A DNA stretch of 64,000 nt. Source: Syntrophales bacterium. Its GTDB lineage: Bacteria > Desulfobacterota > Syntrophia > Syntrophales > UBA2210. The stretch spans positions 83,113 through 147,112 of the forward strand of contig JALOBE010000002.1 of NCBI GenBank assembly GCA_023228425.1, read 5' to 3'. How positions within the stretch are numbered: position 1 is the stretch's first letter; each line of letters starts with the position of its first letter. A model generated the notes under the pieces. That model searched no databases. It was not told where the DNA came from and saw only the letters and a program-made list of their open reading frames with translations. Shown one piece after another: positions 29,600 to 40,027 of the stretch. A program made the position numbers and the translations under genes.

Positions 29600-30967
29600 A
29601 TGAAACTCAAGCCGCTTTTTGAACCCGGGACGATGGCCGTCTTCGGCGTTTCCGCCACCTCTGAGCGCCATCCGGCCAACGTTATTTATGAAAAAAACAA
29701 AAACCGCTACCCTCTTGAAGTATTCGCTGTCAATCCGAAGGGAGGAAAGTTGCGCGATACGGTCCTGTATCCGTTGATTGCCGACGTTCCGGAAAAAATC
29801 GATCTCGCGGTGATTGCCGCCCGAGCCGAGTTTGTCCCCGACATCCTGATCCAATGCATCGATGCCGGTGTTAAGTCCGCGGCAATCATTTCCGGCGGCT
29901 TTACCGAAGGCGGCCGGCCCGATCTCCAGCACCGGCTGGTGGACATATCCCGTGAAGCCGACTTCCCCTTTATCGGGCCAAACTGCCTTGGCCTGTACGT
30001 TCCCCACCGCCTTGACACCTTTTTCCTGCCCATGGAGAGGATGATCACGCCCGGTATCGGCGATGTCGCCATTGTCAGTCAGAGCGGCGGTATCCTCGTT
30101 GACCAGATGATCAAATTTACCCAGCAGGGTGTGGGAATCTCAAAGGCCGTCAGCATCGGCAACAAGGCCGTCATTCGCGAAATCGACCTGCTTCGCTACC
30201 TGCGATCCGATTCAAAAACCAATGTCATCGCTTTTTATATCGAGGGTTTCAACGAGGGAGAAGGACGGGAATTCGTCAAAGCCGCCGATTGTTCGCCCAA
30301 GCCGGTGGTGCTGATGAAATCGGGAAAAACCGAAGCGGGACATCGGGCCGTATCGAGCCACACTGCCTCCCTGGCGGGAGACTACGCGGGTTTCCAGGCG
30401 GCTGTGGCGCAGCACAACATCCTGGAGGCGGCCAACGAGCATGAACTGGTCGCTTTTTGCGAAGTGCTGAGCGCCTACAGACAGCCCATCGAGGGGAAAA
30501 TCGGTATTATTACCGCAAGCGGAGGCCACGGAGCCATGGCGGTAGACGCCTGTGCCCTGGATGGCATGTCCGTACCCGAATTTAACGAAGCGACACAGTC
30601 GGCGGTGCGCAGCGGTCTCTCAGATAAAGTCAGCCCCATCGCCTCCGTGGCAAACCCGGTGGACCTCACGGGCAGCGCGACAGACGACGACTTCGTCGCC
30701 TGCGTGAAAGCCCTGGGCTCTTCCACTGAAATCGATTGCGTCATTGTCCTGCTGTTGCCCTACATTCCCGGCGTGACTCTCGACATCGGAGTCAGGCTGA
30801 GCCAGGCCATGCGTCCCTTCAACAAACCGCTTATCGCCTATGTTCCGCACGTGGAAAAATACAACATGATGGTAGATGGGTTCGAATTCAACGGAACACC
30901 CGTGTCTTCTTCTATCGAAGGCGCGGTGCTGATGGCCAAGGCCCTGATGAGGAAAAAGCCATGCTGA
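29600..30967 (+). CDS. acyl/acetyl-CoA synthetase (ADP-forming), alpha part (CoA-binding / succinyl-CoA-synthetase-like flavodoxin domains)
   Basis: LFEPGTMAVFGVSA... CoA-binding start, GPNCLGL, and the SSHTASLAG phosphohistidine segment. Confidence 0.85.
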   Translation: MKLKPLFEPGTMAVFGVSATSERHPANVIYEKNKNRYPLEVFAVNPKGGKLRDTVLYPLIADVPEKIDLAVIAARAEFVPDILIQCIDAGVKSAAIISGGFTEGGRPDLQHRLVDISREADFPFIGPNCLGLYVPHRLDTFFLPMERMITPGIGDVAIVSQSGGILVDQMIKFTQQGVGISKAVSIGNKAVIREIDLLRYLRSDSKTNVIAFYIEGFNEGEGREFVKAADCSPKPVVLMKSGKTEAGHRAVSSHTASLAGDYAGFQAAVAQHNILEAANEHELVAFCEVLSAYRQPIEGKIGIITASGGHGAMAVDACALDGMSVPEFNEATQSAVRSGLSDKVSPIASVANPVDLTGSATDDDFVACVKALGSSTEIDCVIVLLLPYIPGVTLDIGVRLSQAMRPFNKPLIAYVPHVEKYNMMVDGFEFNGTPVSSSIEGAVLMAKALMRKKPC

Positions 30968-31689
30968 AACAAGAAGCGGCAGAAATTATCCGGAAATCCG
31001 GGGAGTGGGGTTGGGTCCTCGAGCCCGATGCGATGAGGCTGCTTTCCCTCTACGGATTTAAAACGCCTCGATACAATGTGGTGACCCAGGCTCCCCGGGC
31101 CCTGGCCATTGCCCGGACAATCGGTTATCCCCTGGTAGCCAAGATCGTTTCGCCGTCCATTATGCATAAATCCGATGCCAAGGGTGTCGTTGTCGGCGTC
31201 AGGGACGACGAGACACTGATTCAGACATTGGAGAGGTTTCAAGGCTTCGACGGTTTCGCCGGCATGCTGATAGCGGAGATGGTCAGGGGCCTCGAGCTGA
31301 TTATCGGAGCGAAAAACGATCTGCAGTTCGGCCCCATGATTCTTGTCGGCATGGGCGGCGTGGGCGTCGAGATTTATAAGGACGTCGCTCTGCGCATGGC
31401 GCCTCTTAAAGTCCGGGACGTGAAGCCCATGCTGAGTGAACTGACCGCCCACAAGCTCCTGGCCGGCTACCGCGGTTCCGAGCCTGTCAACATGGACACG
31501 CTCATCAAGACCATTGTGCGTTTTTCCCGGTTGATGATGAAGATGCAGGAAACCGTCGAATCGATAGATCTCAATCCCGTCATGTGCGGCGAAACGTCCT
31601 GCATCATAGCAGACGCCCGGATTATCTTGAAACAGGAGAGGTGGTCACATGGAAGAACGCGACAGGGGAATGACAACGCGCACCGATAA
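30961..31689 (+). CDS. acyl/acetyl-CoA synthetase (ADP-forming), beta part (ATP-grasp)
   Basis: The ATG overlaps the upstream stop (ATGCTGA). The ATP-grasp pattern YGFKTPRY...GYPLVAKIVSPSIMHKSDAKGVVVGV is present. The ORF-track upstream extension was rejected. Confidence 0.8.
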   Translation: MLKQEAAEIIRKSGEWGWVLEPDAMRLLSLYGFKTPRYNVVTQAPRALAIARTIGYPLVAKIVSPSIMHKSDAKGVVVGVRDDETLIQTLERFQGFDGFAGMLIAEMVRGLELIIGAKNDLQFGPMILVGMGGVGVEIYKDVALRMAPLKVRDVKPMLSELTAHKLLAGYRGSEPVNMDTLIKTIVRFSRLMMKMQETVESIDLNPVMCGETSCIIADARIILKQERWSHGRTRQGNDNAHR

Positions 31690-32722
31690 GGCTGGTCTCC
31701 CTCCGGGCACACTCATGCACGTGGGCGAGCGCAGGGAAGAGGAGATCAGGATCACCCGTTTTGACTACGGCCCCGATGGCGTCCACGAGACGGCTCCGGC
31801 CACCATTGAAGAATGCCTTTCCCTGACGACCGATTTCCCGGTTACCTGGATAGACATCGAAGGACTTCACCAGGTCGATGTTGTGGAAAAAATTGGATTG
31901 TTCTATTCCCTTGACCCCCTGAGCCAGGAAGATATTCTTACGACGACGCAGCGCCCCAAGGCGGAAGATTATGACGACTATATTCTCATTATCGTAAAAA
32001 TGCTTTCCTTGGCGCAGGATTCCCACAGAGTCAGTACGGAACAGGTCAGTATCGTACTCGGCAAAGGCTATGTCCTGTCCTTCCGGGAAGCCCGGGGAAA
32101 CCTGTTCGGTACCGTCAGGAAACGGCTGCGGGGAGAGAAGGGACGTCTTCGAAAAATGGGGGCCGATTACCTTGCCCACGCCCTGCTCGATGCCGTGGTT
32201 GATAATTATTTTGTCCTGCTGGAGCGATTCGGCGAACGAATCAAATCTCTCGATGATGAGCTCGAACAAAGGCCCGACAGAAAAACGCTCCAGGCAATTC
32301 ACACATTACGACGAGAAAACATCTTTTTGGGAAAATCGATATGGCCTCTTCGGGAACTGATAAGCGAACTCGACCGGAGCGAATCGGAACTCCTGACCGA
32401 TGGGCTGGACCGTTACCTGCGGGATCTGTATGACCACACGATTCAGATCATCGACATCGTCGAGACAAACCAGGACCTCATAACGGGCATGCTCGATCTC
32501 TACCTGTCGGGCCTAAGCAACAGGATGAACGAGGTTATGAAGATTCTCACCATGTTCGCGTCGATTTTTATTCCACTCTCGTTCATCGTAGGCATTTACG
32601 GCATGAATTTCGAGTTCATGCCCGAACTCACCTGGCGGTGGTCCTACCCGGTACTGTGGCTCGTCATGGTACTGGGCGCCCTTGGAATGCTCCTCTTTTT
32701 CAAGAAAAAGGACTGGTTCTGA
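31649..32722 (+). CDS. corA: Mg2+/Co2+ transporter CorA
   Basis: Two C-terminal TM helices with the YGMNF signature. Confidence 0.92.
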   Translation: MEERDRGMTTRTDKAGLPPGTLMHVGERREEEIRITRFDYGPDGVHETAPATIEECLSLTTDFPVTWIDIEGLHQVDVVEKIGLFYSLDPLSQEDILTTTQRPKAEDYDDYILIIVKMLSLAQDSHRVSTEQVSIVLGKGYVLSFREARGNLFGTVRKRLRGEKGRLRKMGADYLAHALLDAVVDNYFVLLERFGERIKSLDDELEQRPDRKTLQAIHTLRRENIFLGKSIWPLRELISELDRSESELLTDGLDRYLRDLYDHTIQIIDIVETNQDLITGMLDLYLSGLSNRMNEVMKILTMFASIFIPLSFIVGIYGMNFEFMPELTWRWSYPVLWLVMVLGALGMLLFFKKKDWF

Positions 32723-32739
32723 AGCATACCGGAACAGGG

Positions 32740-32767
32740 TTGACATTACAGTATCGACTGCTATAGT
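32740..32767 (+). promoter_or_regulatory. sigma70-type promoter for the OMP gene
   Basis: TTGACA (32740-45), a 16-nt spacer, then TATAGT (32762-67), about 70 nt upstream of the ATG at 32837. Confidence 0.5.
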
Positions 32768-32836
32768 CATTTGTCAGTCATTTGCCGAACAAAAACCCGA
32801 AGCATTCCACTCAAAACCAAAACGGAAAGGAGAACT

Positions 32837-33472
32837 ATGATGAGACGTTTTTACTTTTTCGCTCTTGTCGTGGCCCTGGTGTTTTCCCTGTCTTTTTCAA
32901 CAGCCATGGCGGAAATGTTCAACGGCCCCTACATCGGCGTAAATCTCGGGTACGGATCCACTGATTACAAAACGGACGTCGGCCCCGGCACACTGACACT
33001 GGATTCTCTCAGCGGAAGCGGTGTCAATGCCGGTCTCTTCGCGGGATACGGCGCGACGTCTCCCCAGGGCATATACTTCGGTATCGAGGCTGAGGGCTCC
33101 TGGAGCAGTGGAGATGTGGATGTGGATTTGATGGGCGCGAAGGCGGAACTGTCCCAGGACTGGACCCTGGGCCTGACAGCCCGTCTCGGAGGCATGCTTA
33201 CGGAAACCATTCTCGGCTACGTCCGGGCCGGATGGGTCGCGACGAAATTCGAAGCTGAAGTCCCTCCCCTTGCCTGGTCACAGAAGAAGACCTTTACCGG
33301 TCCTCGGATCGGCCTGGGACTTGAATTTCCCATAAACAAAGATGTCTCTTTCCGCACCGACTACACCTACACCTGGTACCAGTCGAAAGACCTCGATGAC
33401 GCCGGCGTTCCTGTCATGAGCGTCAAGCCGAGCGAACAACTGTTCCGTATCGGTTTCGCATACAACTTCTAA
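32837..33472 (+). CDS. small outer-membrane beta-barrel protein (OmpA-N / opacity-porin-like)
   Basis: AAGGAGA Shine-Dalgarno before the ATG, signal peptide ending TAMA, alternating beta-strand pattern, C-terminal FRIGFAYNF. Confidence 0.8.
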   Translation: MMRRFYFFALVVALVFSLSFSTAMAEMFNGPYIGVNLGYGSTDYKTDVGPGTLTLDSLSGSGVNAGLFAGYGATSPQGIYFGIEAEGSWSSGDVDVDLMGAKAELSQDWTLGLTARLGGMLTETILGYVRAGWVATKFEAEVPPLAWSQKKTFTGPRIGLGLEFPINKDVSFRTDYTYTWYQSKDLDDAGVPVMSVKPSEQLFRIGFAYNF

Positions 33473-33505
33473 AAATCTTTATACGACATTCAGCACCGAT
33501 ACTGA

Positions 33506-33547
33506 GCCCGCCTTCTTACCGGCCGGAGAAGGCGGGCCGTTTCATCT
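33506..33547 (+). terminator. rho-independent terminator
   Basis: 11-bp stem GCCCGCCTTCT/AGAAGGCGGGC with a 10-nt loop, followed by a moderately T-rich tail (CGTTTCATCT). Confidence 0.6.
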
Positions 33548-33794
33548 GATCGGACCGAGCCGGAAGAAACCGGGTTCCCGAGGCATGTTCACTGCGGCCG
33601 GTCGGCCCACATCGACCGCCCTCGATAGTGGGGTCCTGCCGAAACGGAATCATCCACCCCCGCCGGACACCTTCCGGCCCAGCCATCGCAAGGCTCGACA
33701 GGGACAAACCGCCGGCATCGCCGACACATCCGTCCGAGAGAGTCACTCTCACCGGGTTATTTTTCCTTTCCATGTCCCTATTCTTTTATCTCTC

Positions 33795-33833
33795 TTGACA
33801 ATTACACGGCACAGGTATAGATAGGCCTATCTA
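33795..33833 (+). promoter_or_regulatory. feoAB promoter with an operator-like perfect palindrome
   Basis: TTGACA (33795-800), a 17-nt spacer, then TAGATA (33818-23). A 16-bp perfect palindrome TAGATAGGCCTATCTA (33818-33833) overlaps the -10 element. Confidence 0.5.
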
Positions 33834-33861
33834 ACTTTTAAGCTCTCACCGCTTCCGCAGG

Positions 33862-34119
33862 GTGAAAGCGACCAGGAGTGCCATGAAAAAAACTCTTTCT
33901 GATCTGAAACCTCATGAAACGGCGATCGTGTCCGAAATCCAGGGCGGGCAGGGCCTCGTGAGCCGCCTGAACGCCCTCGGCATCCGCCGGGGCAAAAAAA
34001 TTACCATGATCCATCCCGTCTTTTCCCGAGGACCCGTAACGGTACTCGTCGACAGGACCCATATCGCCATCGGCCGCGGCATGGCTGACAAAATACTGGT
34101 GACCGCAGAGGAACCCTGA
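33862..34119 (+). CDS. feoA: ferrous iron transport protein A
   Basis: 85 aa with an SH3-like FeoA pattern (LSDLKPHETAIV.EI.G......RL.ALGI..G..I). Confidence 0.88.
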   Translation: MKATRSAMKKTLSDLKPHETAIVSEIQGGQGLVSRLNALGIRRGKKITMIHPVFSRGPVTVLVDRTHIAIGRGMADKILVTAEEP

Positions 34120-34121
34120 TA

Positions 34122-35828
34122 ATGCGTATCCTGCTCATGGGTAACCCAAACGTAGGCAAGAGCGTCGTTTTTTCGCGTCTTACGGGGGTTCGCGTGGTTT
34201 CCGCGAATTATTCAGGGACCACGGTTGAATATCTCACGGGAACCATGAAACTCGGGGATGAAATGGTGGAGATCGTCGATGTTCCCGGAACCTACACACT
34301 TGATCCTACCAGCGAGGCCGAAGAGATAGCCCTGAAAATGCTTCAGACGGGCGATCTGGTAATCAACGTGGTCGACTCGACGAATCTTGAAAGAAACCTC
34401 TATCTCACCCTGCAGCTTCTGGAACGGGACATACCGGTCATCGTAGCGCTGAATATCTGGGACGAAACGGTCCACAAGGGTATCGAAATCGATGTCGGCA
34501 AGCTGGAGGAAGTTCTCCGGGTGCCCGTGGTCACCACGTCGGCACTCACGGGACAGGGCATCAAAGATCTCGTGGAACGAATCCCCGAGGCCCGCTCACC
34601 CAGGTTCCCCCCCCTCATCCAGGATGTCCGGTGGGCCTCCGTGGGCAATATCGTTTCTATGGTCCAGCAGATCAGCCATCGCCATCACCGGTGGTATGAG
34701 CGGCTTGAAGATGCGAGCGTCAAGCCTCTTTCGGGATTGTTCATCGCAGCGGCGATACTCATCCTCTCCTTCGTGATCATACGCTTCATCGGAGAATCAT
34801 TGATCGATTACCTTTTCGACCCGCTCTTCACGACATTGTGGCTTCCCGTCCTGGAACGCGCCAGCTTTCACCTTGGAGGGGACGGCTTTCTGCATAATAT
34901 CATCATAGGAAAGCTGCTGGATGGGGAGATCAGCTTCACCGAATCCTTCGGCGTTCTCAGCAGCGGATTCTATGTACCGCTGGGGATGGTTCTCCCCTAT
35001 ATCATCTCCTTCTACCTCGTACTGGGACTCCTCGAAGACGTGGGGTACCTGCCCCGGCTCGCGGTTCTCATGGACACGACCATGCACCGCCTCGGCCTTC
35101 ACGGCTATGCCATAATCCCCACGCTCCTGGGGCTGGGCTGTGCTGTTCCGGCCATCCTTGCCACCAGAGTCCTCGAAAGCAGACGGGAACGGTTCATCGC
35201 CGCCACCCTGGTGGCCATAGCGATTCCCTGCGCTTCCGCCCAGGCCATGATTATCGGTCTTGTGGGAGATTACGGTATCCGGTACGTCCTCATGGTCTAC
35301 GGATCACTGGCGGTATCCTGGGTGGTTATCGGCATGATTCTCAACTACCTCATGAAAGGGCACAGCCCTGAGCTGCTTATCGAGATCCCGCCCTATCGAC
35401 GGCCTCCCTGGACGTCAGTGTTTCAGAAGCTCAGGATGCGGGTGCGGGGATACCTGGTGGAAGCGGTTCCCATCATTCTGGGCGCGATTATTGTTGTGAA
35501 CATCCTCTTTTACATCGGGGTCTTCGACGTTCTAACCCGCCTGTCGGCGCCGGTGGTAAAGGGCATCCTCGGCCTTCCCGAAGAATCGGTCACCTCCATC
35601 ATCATCGGGCTTCTGAGAAAGGATGCCGCTCTGGGCATGCTTGCCACGACGGCAATGACGGCGAAACAAATGGTCGTCGGGTCAGTGGTGCTCACCATGT
35701 TCTTCCCCTGCATCGCCGCTTTCGTCGTCCTGTACCGGGAACTCGGAATGAAAGATTTTTTCAAGTCCATGGCGGTCATGCTCATAGCATCCATAAGTGC
35801 CGGCGGGCTGCTCAACCTGATCCTTTGA
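34122..35828 (+). CDS. feoB: ferrous iron transporter B
   Basis: N-terminal G-domain LMGNPNVGKSVVFSRLTG and DVPGTY, followed by a polytopic membrane domain. Confidence 0.92.
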   Translation: MRILLMGNPNVGKSVVFSRLTGVRVVSANYSGTTVEYLTGTMKLGDEMVEIVDVPGTYTLDPTSEAEEIALKMLQTGDLVINVVDSTNLERNLYLTLQLLERDIPVIVALNIWDETVHKGIEIDVGKLEEVLRVPVVTTSALTGQGIKDLVERIPEARSPRFPPLIQDVRWASVGNIVSMVQQISHRHHRWYERLEDASVKPLSGLFIAAAILILSFVIIRFIGESLIDYLFDPLFTTLWLPVLERASFHLGGDGFLHNIIIGKLLDGEISFTESFGVLSSGFYVPLGMVLPYIISFYLVLGLLEDVGYLPRLAVLMDTTMHRLGLHGYAIIPTLLGLGCAVPAILATRVLESRRERFIAATLVAIAIPCASAQAMIIGLVGDYGIRYVLMVYGSLAVSWVVIGMILNYLMKGHSPELLIEIPPYRRPPWTSVFQKLRMRVRGYLVEAVPIILGAIIVVNILFYIGVFDVLTRLSAPVVKGILGLPEESVTSIIIGLLRKDAALGMLATTAMTAKQMVVGSVVLTMFFPCIAAFVVLYRELGMKDFFKSMAVMLIASISAGGLLNLIL

Positions 35829-36175
35829 ACATCGAACGGGCCTCTTCAAGGGGGACCCCTATCCAGCAACTCCAACTAACCGGTTGATTTTCCGCCCGCT
35901 CGTCCCGTCGGTTCCGGTCATCGTCAACAGGACTGTTCATAGCCATGTTGATAACCTTGTGGACGCTTCATACAAATGCTATAAAATCTCATTTTTACAC
36001 CCTTTTGCGTAAACATTGGGCACATAATTGTTCTATATTATCAAATAGATAGAGCTTTCCGTCGCATAACTGAGGAGTTACAGGGCACGGGGGATCGGGC
36101 GGGACGGCTCACCGGGACAGGCGGGTACCGTGAACGGTCAGGAAGAAATGAAACAAATCAGGTCTGTTGTAACGA

Positions 36176-36493
36176 TTATCGTTTCTCCGCGAAGAAGCCG
36201 AACCATTCCGATTCTGTTTTTCGAAGTTCCGAGTTTATATACTTGCGTTCTTTCCAGAGATGTTCAACCAGTTCGGCATTGTGCCTGCTTTCCATGTTTC
36301 CGCAGCCCGGCGCGGATGAATACACTTCACACAGAGTCGAATGGTGATTGCAGCGAATGCTGATGAATCCGCCATCCATTCCCCCCAAAAGAGGAACGTA
36401 ATAGTAAAACTCCCTGTCCGAACGACGGATCTCTCCGGCAAGCAACCGGGCGTCTTTTTTGGATCGTATCTGAAAAATCGCTGGTTTCTTCAT
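36176..36493 (-). CDS. hypothetical small protein (105 aa)
   Basis: GAAGGAGGA Shine-Dalgarno directly upstream of the internal ATG (MKKPAIFQI...). The longer 215-aa ORF-track version has an Arg/Cys-rich, improbable N-terminus. No family recognised. Confidence 0.45.
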   Translation of the reverse strand: MKKPAIFQIRSKKDARLLAGEIRRSDREFYYYVPLLGGMDGGFISIRCNHHSTLCEVYSSAPGCGNMESRHNAELVEHLWKERKYINSELRKTESEWFGFFAEKR

Positions 36494-36672
36494 GGTTCCT
36501 CCTTCACCTTTATCCAGCCGGTGTCTGAAAAAACAAAAATACTCCAGACAGCCTTTTGTGGTGCGGCGAAAAGAACTGCCCTGTCGAATACGGGGAACAC
36601 AGAGGATCGAAACGAATGTACCATTACAGTGACAGTGTATATTCTCAACTGATCCGGGCAAGGTCAAGCATT

Positions 36673-37527
36673 TTATGGTGACTCCCGCAGAGCAGATCCG
36701 GCGTTGCTTTCCGGGGTATTCCGAAGTCCCGGATCGGCTGTGACGAGATCTACCGTGAAGCTTCCAACCACGACACTGCTTTTCATGCGTACGGGCATGC
36801 GCCGGTTGTCGGCGGTTACCCACACAAAAAGGTCGGCGTCCCGGCTTTTTTTGAAAACGCCGTCCACGTCACCCATGTCAACCCGCACGAGGAAACTGTC
36901 ATAATCAACGCCCCGGACCTTGATCATCTCCCGATCCATGACGACCGCCCTGCCGGTGATGGTTTTTTTCCCGTCAGAAACCGGTATAGCAAACTCTTTT
37001 CCAACATCGATATCAAAAAACCGGAAAGCGAAAAACATGGAGAGGGGGTCGAACGATCCGGGCAGCAGGGCAACCGAGGCGTGTTCTTCTCCGTTGTTGA
37101 AATAGCGCGACCGCATCGTATCCCAATCGTAGGTCACCACGACATCGCGCCTGCTTTTCCCCTCGCTTTTCTTGGTATAGAGGAGGGACATGGTCATGTC
37201 CTTGTCGGTAAAGCCTTCCATCCGGTCGCGGACACGGTAGAAAATATCGGCAAAAGCGTTTGTCCTGCTGACCATGGCGAAATGTCTGGCCTCGAGACCA
37301 TTCACATCCGTCCGGGGCATCACCTCCAGGACACCTTCGCCGACCGGTATGGCGCCCCAGGTAACGACGAAAACCAAACGTTCACCGGGATAAAAAGGCT
37401 GCCCCGCGAAATCGCCGCCATGGCTCCGGAAAGGCCACACGCACAGACACACGCACAGGAGCAAGGCGACGGCAAGCGTTCCGATCCCTGCCCCTGCCCG
37501 GAAGCAGACATGCCGCTTCAGCGCCAT
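36673..37527 (-). CDS. DUF3108-like exported protein
   Basis: Signal/TM segment GIGTLAVALLLCVCLCVW, then GERLVFVVTWGAIPVGEGVLEV, a pattern I associate with DUF3108. The start was set at the internal ATG (MALKRH). Confidence 0.55.
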   Translation of the reverse strand: MALKRHVCFRAGAGIGTLAVALLLCVCLCVWPFRSHGGDFAGQPFYPGERLVFVVTWGAIPVGEGVLEVMPRTDVNGLEARHFAMVSRTNAFADIFYRVRDRMEGFTDKDMTMSLLYTKKSEGKSRRDVVVTYDWDTMRSRYFNNGEEHASVALLPGSFDPLSMFFAFRFFDIDVGKEFAIPVSDGKKTITGRAVVMDREMIKVRGVDYDSFLVRVDMGDVDGVFKKSRDADLFVWVTADNRRMPVRMKSSVVVGSFTVDLVTADPGLRNTPESNAGSALRESP

Positions 37528-37915
37528 GGTATCCGGTATTCGACAGTCATCCATGGGCATAACCGTAATAGCAATCAAACCGTGAGTCAAGCGCGTAACG
37601 ACCGGCATGGAGTACACACCTCCCCTATGCTCTCCTCTCTCCGGCTGTGAAAAAACAAGACAACACCGGTGGATGTCCTTTTTTCCGAAGGTGACACAAA
37701 AGTCTTGAGGTTACCGTCTTACGGAACGAATCGACCGTCGGTAGACACAAGGATTTCCCGGCCCCTGTTCACATCCTGTGCTCTTTTAGTACTTGACAAA
37801 TGGCGTGATGAGGCATAAGCAGCACATTCATTACCGTAATCACCTTTTCAGGAAAAATCCGACGGCCTTCCATGGAACAACGGACACGTTTCCCGGGAAG
37901 TCCCCACACAGCACC

Positions 37916-38173
37916 ATGAAACAAGCAGAAAACAAAAAACCTCTTCGTCGCGGCCACATCGTTATTCACCAGGACACCTGTAAAGGGTGCGGCCTGTGTA
38001 TATCCGTGTGTCCCGCCCAGGTGATCGGCTTTTCGCATGTACTGAATGAAAAAGGCTACTACCCGGCACTGTATCTGGAACCATCGGAATCAAACGAGGG
38101 ACGTTTCTGCACCGGCTGCGCCATCTGCGCTATTATCTGCCCCGATGTCGCCATTGAAGTGTACCGTGACTGA
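37916..38173 (+). CDS. 2-oxoacid:ferredoxin oxidoreductase delta subunit (2x[4Fe-4S] ferredoxin)
   Basis: Two CxxCxxCxxxCP motifs (CKGCGLCISVCP and CTGCAICAIICP). First gene of a four-subunit OFOR operon. Confidence 0.85.
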   Translation: MKQAENKKPLRRGHIVIHQDTCKGCGLCISVCPAQVIGFSHVLNEKGYYPALYLEPSESNEGRFCTGCAICAIICPDVAIEVYRD

Positions 38174-39248
38174 TAAAATTCTCATGAGGGGGACCCATGT
38201 GATCGCCGAGTCGGCCGTCAGGGCCGGCTGCCGTTTTTACGCGGGCTACCCCATCACACCACAGAACGAACTCGCGGAATACATGGCCTCCGCCATGGCC
38301 GCCCTGGATGACGGAACCTTCATTCAGGGAGAGAGCGAAATCGCCTCGATCAACATGGTGATCGGCGCCTCAATAGCCGGCGCCCGCGCCATGACAAGTT
38401 CTTCCAGCCCCGGTTTGAGCCTGAAACAGGAGGGACTCTCCTTCCTCGCGGCCCAGGAACTGCCGGCTGTCGTGGTCAACTCAATGCGGGGCGGTCCCGG
38501 CATGGGCAATATCGCTCCTTCACAGGGCGACTATTTCCAATCCACCCGCGGTGGAGGTCACGGCGATTACCGCTGCATAGTTCTGGCGCCTGCCTCGGGC
38601 CAGGAAATGGCCGATCTCACCCGAAGGTCCTTCGAGTACGCCGATCACTACCGTTCACCGGTCATCATGCTCATCGACGGTATGATGGGACAGATGATGG
38701 AACCGGTGCTTCTTCCCGAACCCCTCGCCGCGGCCGATCTTCCGAAGAAAAACTGGATCCTTGACGGAGCCGCCGGAAGACCCTGCAGAACGGTCAAGTC
38801 TCTGATTCTCGATACGGCCAAGGAAGAGGAGCACAACTGGAAACTGTTCCGTAAATACGAAAACATTTCCAAGGAACTCCAGATGGCTGAAACCTATCGG
38901 ACCGATGACGCCCGTCTGGTGGTTGTGGCCTATGGCACCGCCGCCCGTGTAGCCAAGGGGGCCATAAAACGTGTTCGAGAAATCGGATTGAAAGTAGGCC
39001 TGCTCCGTCCCGTGACGCTCTGGCCTTTCCCACGCCGGGCTCTTGAAGACGCGAGCAGGTTCGTCAAAGAATTCCTGGTCTATGAAATGAATACGGGACA
39101 AATGGTTGAAGATGTGCAACTCTCCCTGAAACACCGGAGTGAAGTCCACTTTTATGGACGGCCGGGCGGTGTTGTACCGACTCCCGACGAGATAGCAAAG
39201 GTCATAACGAGCCTCTATTATCGACGGCGTCTCGAAGAGGAAGCCTGA
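38166..39248 (+). CDS. 2-oxoacid:ferredoxin oxidoreductase alpha subunit
   Basis: GTHVIAESAVRAGCRFYAGYPITPQNE is the typical KorA/PorA N-terminus. The GTG at 38166 overlaps the delta-subunit stop; the ATG at 38184 is an alternative start. Confidence 0.88.
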   Translation: MTDKILMRGTHVIAESAVRAGCRFYAGYPITPQNELAEYMASAMAALDDGTFIQGESEIASINMVIGASIAGARAMTSSSSPGLSLKQEGLSFLAAQELPAVVVNSMRGGPGMGNIAPSQGDYFQSTRGGGHGDYRCIVLAPASGQEMADLTRRSFEYADHYRSPVIMLIDGMMGQMMEPVLLPEPLAAADLPKKNWILDGAAGRPCRTVKSLILDTAKEEEHNWKLFRKYENISKELQMAETYRTDDARLVVVAYGTAARVAKGAIKRVREIGLKVGLLRPVTLWPFPRRALEDASRFVKEFLVYEMNTGQMVEDVQLSLKHRSEVHFYGRPGGVVPTPDEIAKVITSLYYRRRLEEEA

Positions 39249-40027
39249 TGGCGAAACCCGTTTTCCAACGGCCGAGATATCTGCTCAATGCCCCTTTTCA
39301 CTACTGTCCGGGCTGCGGTCACAGCATCATTCACCGGCTCATAGCCGAAATCATAGAAGAGCTTGAAATCGGGGATATCACGATCGGTGTTCCGCCCGCG
39401 GGATGCGCCGTTCTTGCCTACGATTACCTGGACATCGACATGGCCGAGGCCGCTCACGGGCGAGGCCCGGCCCTGTGTACCGGAATCAAACGGGTTCTGC
39501 CCGACAGGATCGTCTTCTCCTATCAGGGCGATGGCGATATAGCCGCGATCGGAACAGCCGAAACGATTCACGCCGCCAATCGGGGGGAAAACATAACCGT
39601 TGTATTCGTGAACAACAGCTGCTACGGCATGACGGGCGGCCAGATGGCGCCGACGACCCTTATCGGCCAGGAAACAACGACCACGCCGGGAGGCAGGATC
39701 GCCGAACGGGACGGTTCCCCCATCGATTTGAGCGAAATGGTCGCCATCGCCAAGGGAAGCGTCTACATCGAGCGGACATCGGTCCATTCCGTCAAGCATA
39801 TCGTCAGAACGAAGAAAGCCCTCACGAAGGCCTTCAGGAACCAGATGGAAGGTCTGGGCTTCTCACTTGTTGAAATACTCTCACCCTGCCCGACGAACTG
39901 GAAATTATCACCTCTCGATTCCTGCGAGCGGATTGAAAAGGAAATTATGAAGGTATTCCCTCTGAAAGTTATCAAGGATGAAACGGGAACATCTCGACGT
40001 CAGCAGGGGGGGTCAAGGCATCTATGA
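39248..40027 (+). CDS. 2-oxoacid:ferredoxin oxidoreductase beta subunit (TPP-binding)
   Basis: CPGCGHSII Cys motif and TPP motif GDGD...NNSCYGMTGGQ. Confidence 0.9.
   Translation: MAKPVFQRPRYLLNAPFHYCPGCGHSIIHRLIAEIIEELEIGDITIGVPPAGCAVLAYDYLDIDMAEAAHGRGPALCTGIKRVLPDRIVFSYQGDGDIAAIGTAETIHAANRGENITVVFVNNSCYGMTGGQMAPTTLIGQETTTTPGGRIAERDGSPIDLSEMVAIAKGSVYIERTSVHSVKHIVRTKKALTKAFRNQMEGLGFSLVEILSPCPTNWKLSPLDSCERIEKEIMKVFPLKVIKDETGTSRRQQGGSRHL

Noticed and set aside
36494-36823. The upstream 110 codons of ORF 36176-36823, and ORF 36341-36652 on the other strand.
   Set aside because: Composition is Arg/Cys/His-rich with no start-site signals. A strong Shine-Dalgarno supports only the shorter 105-aa product.
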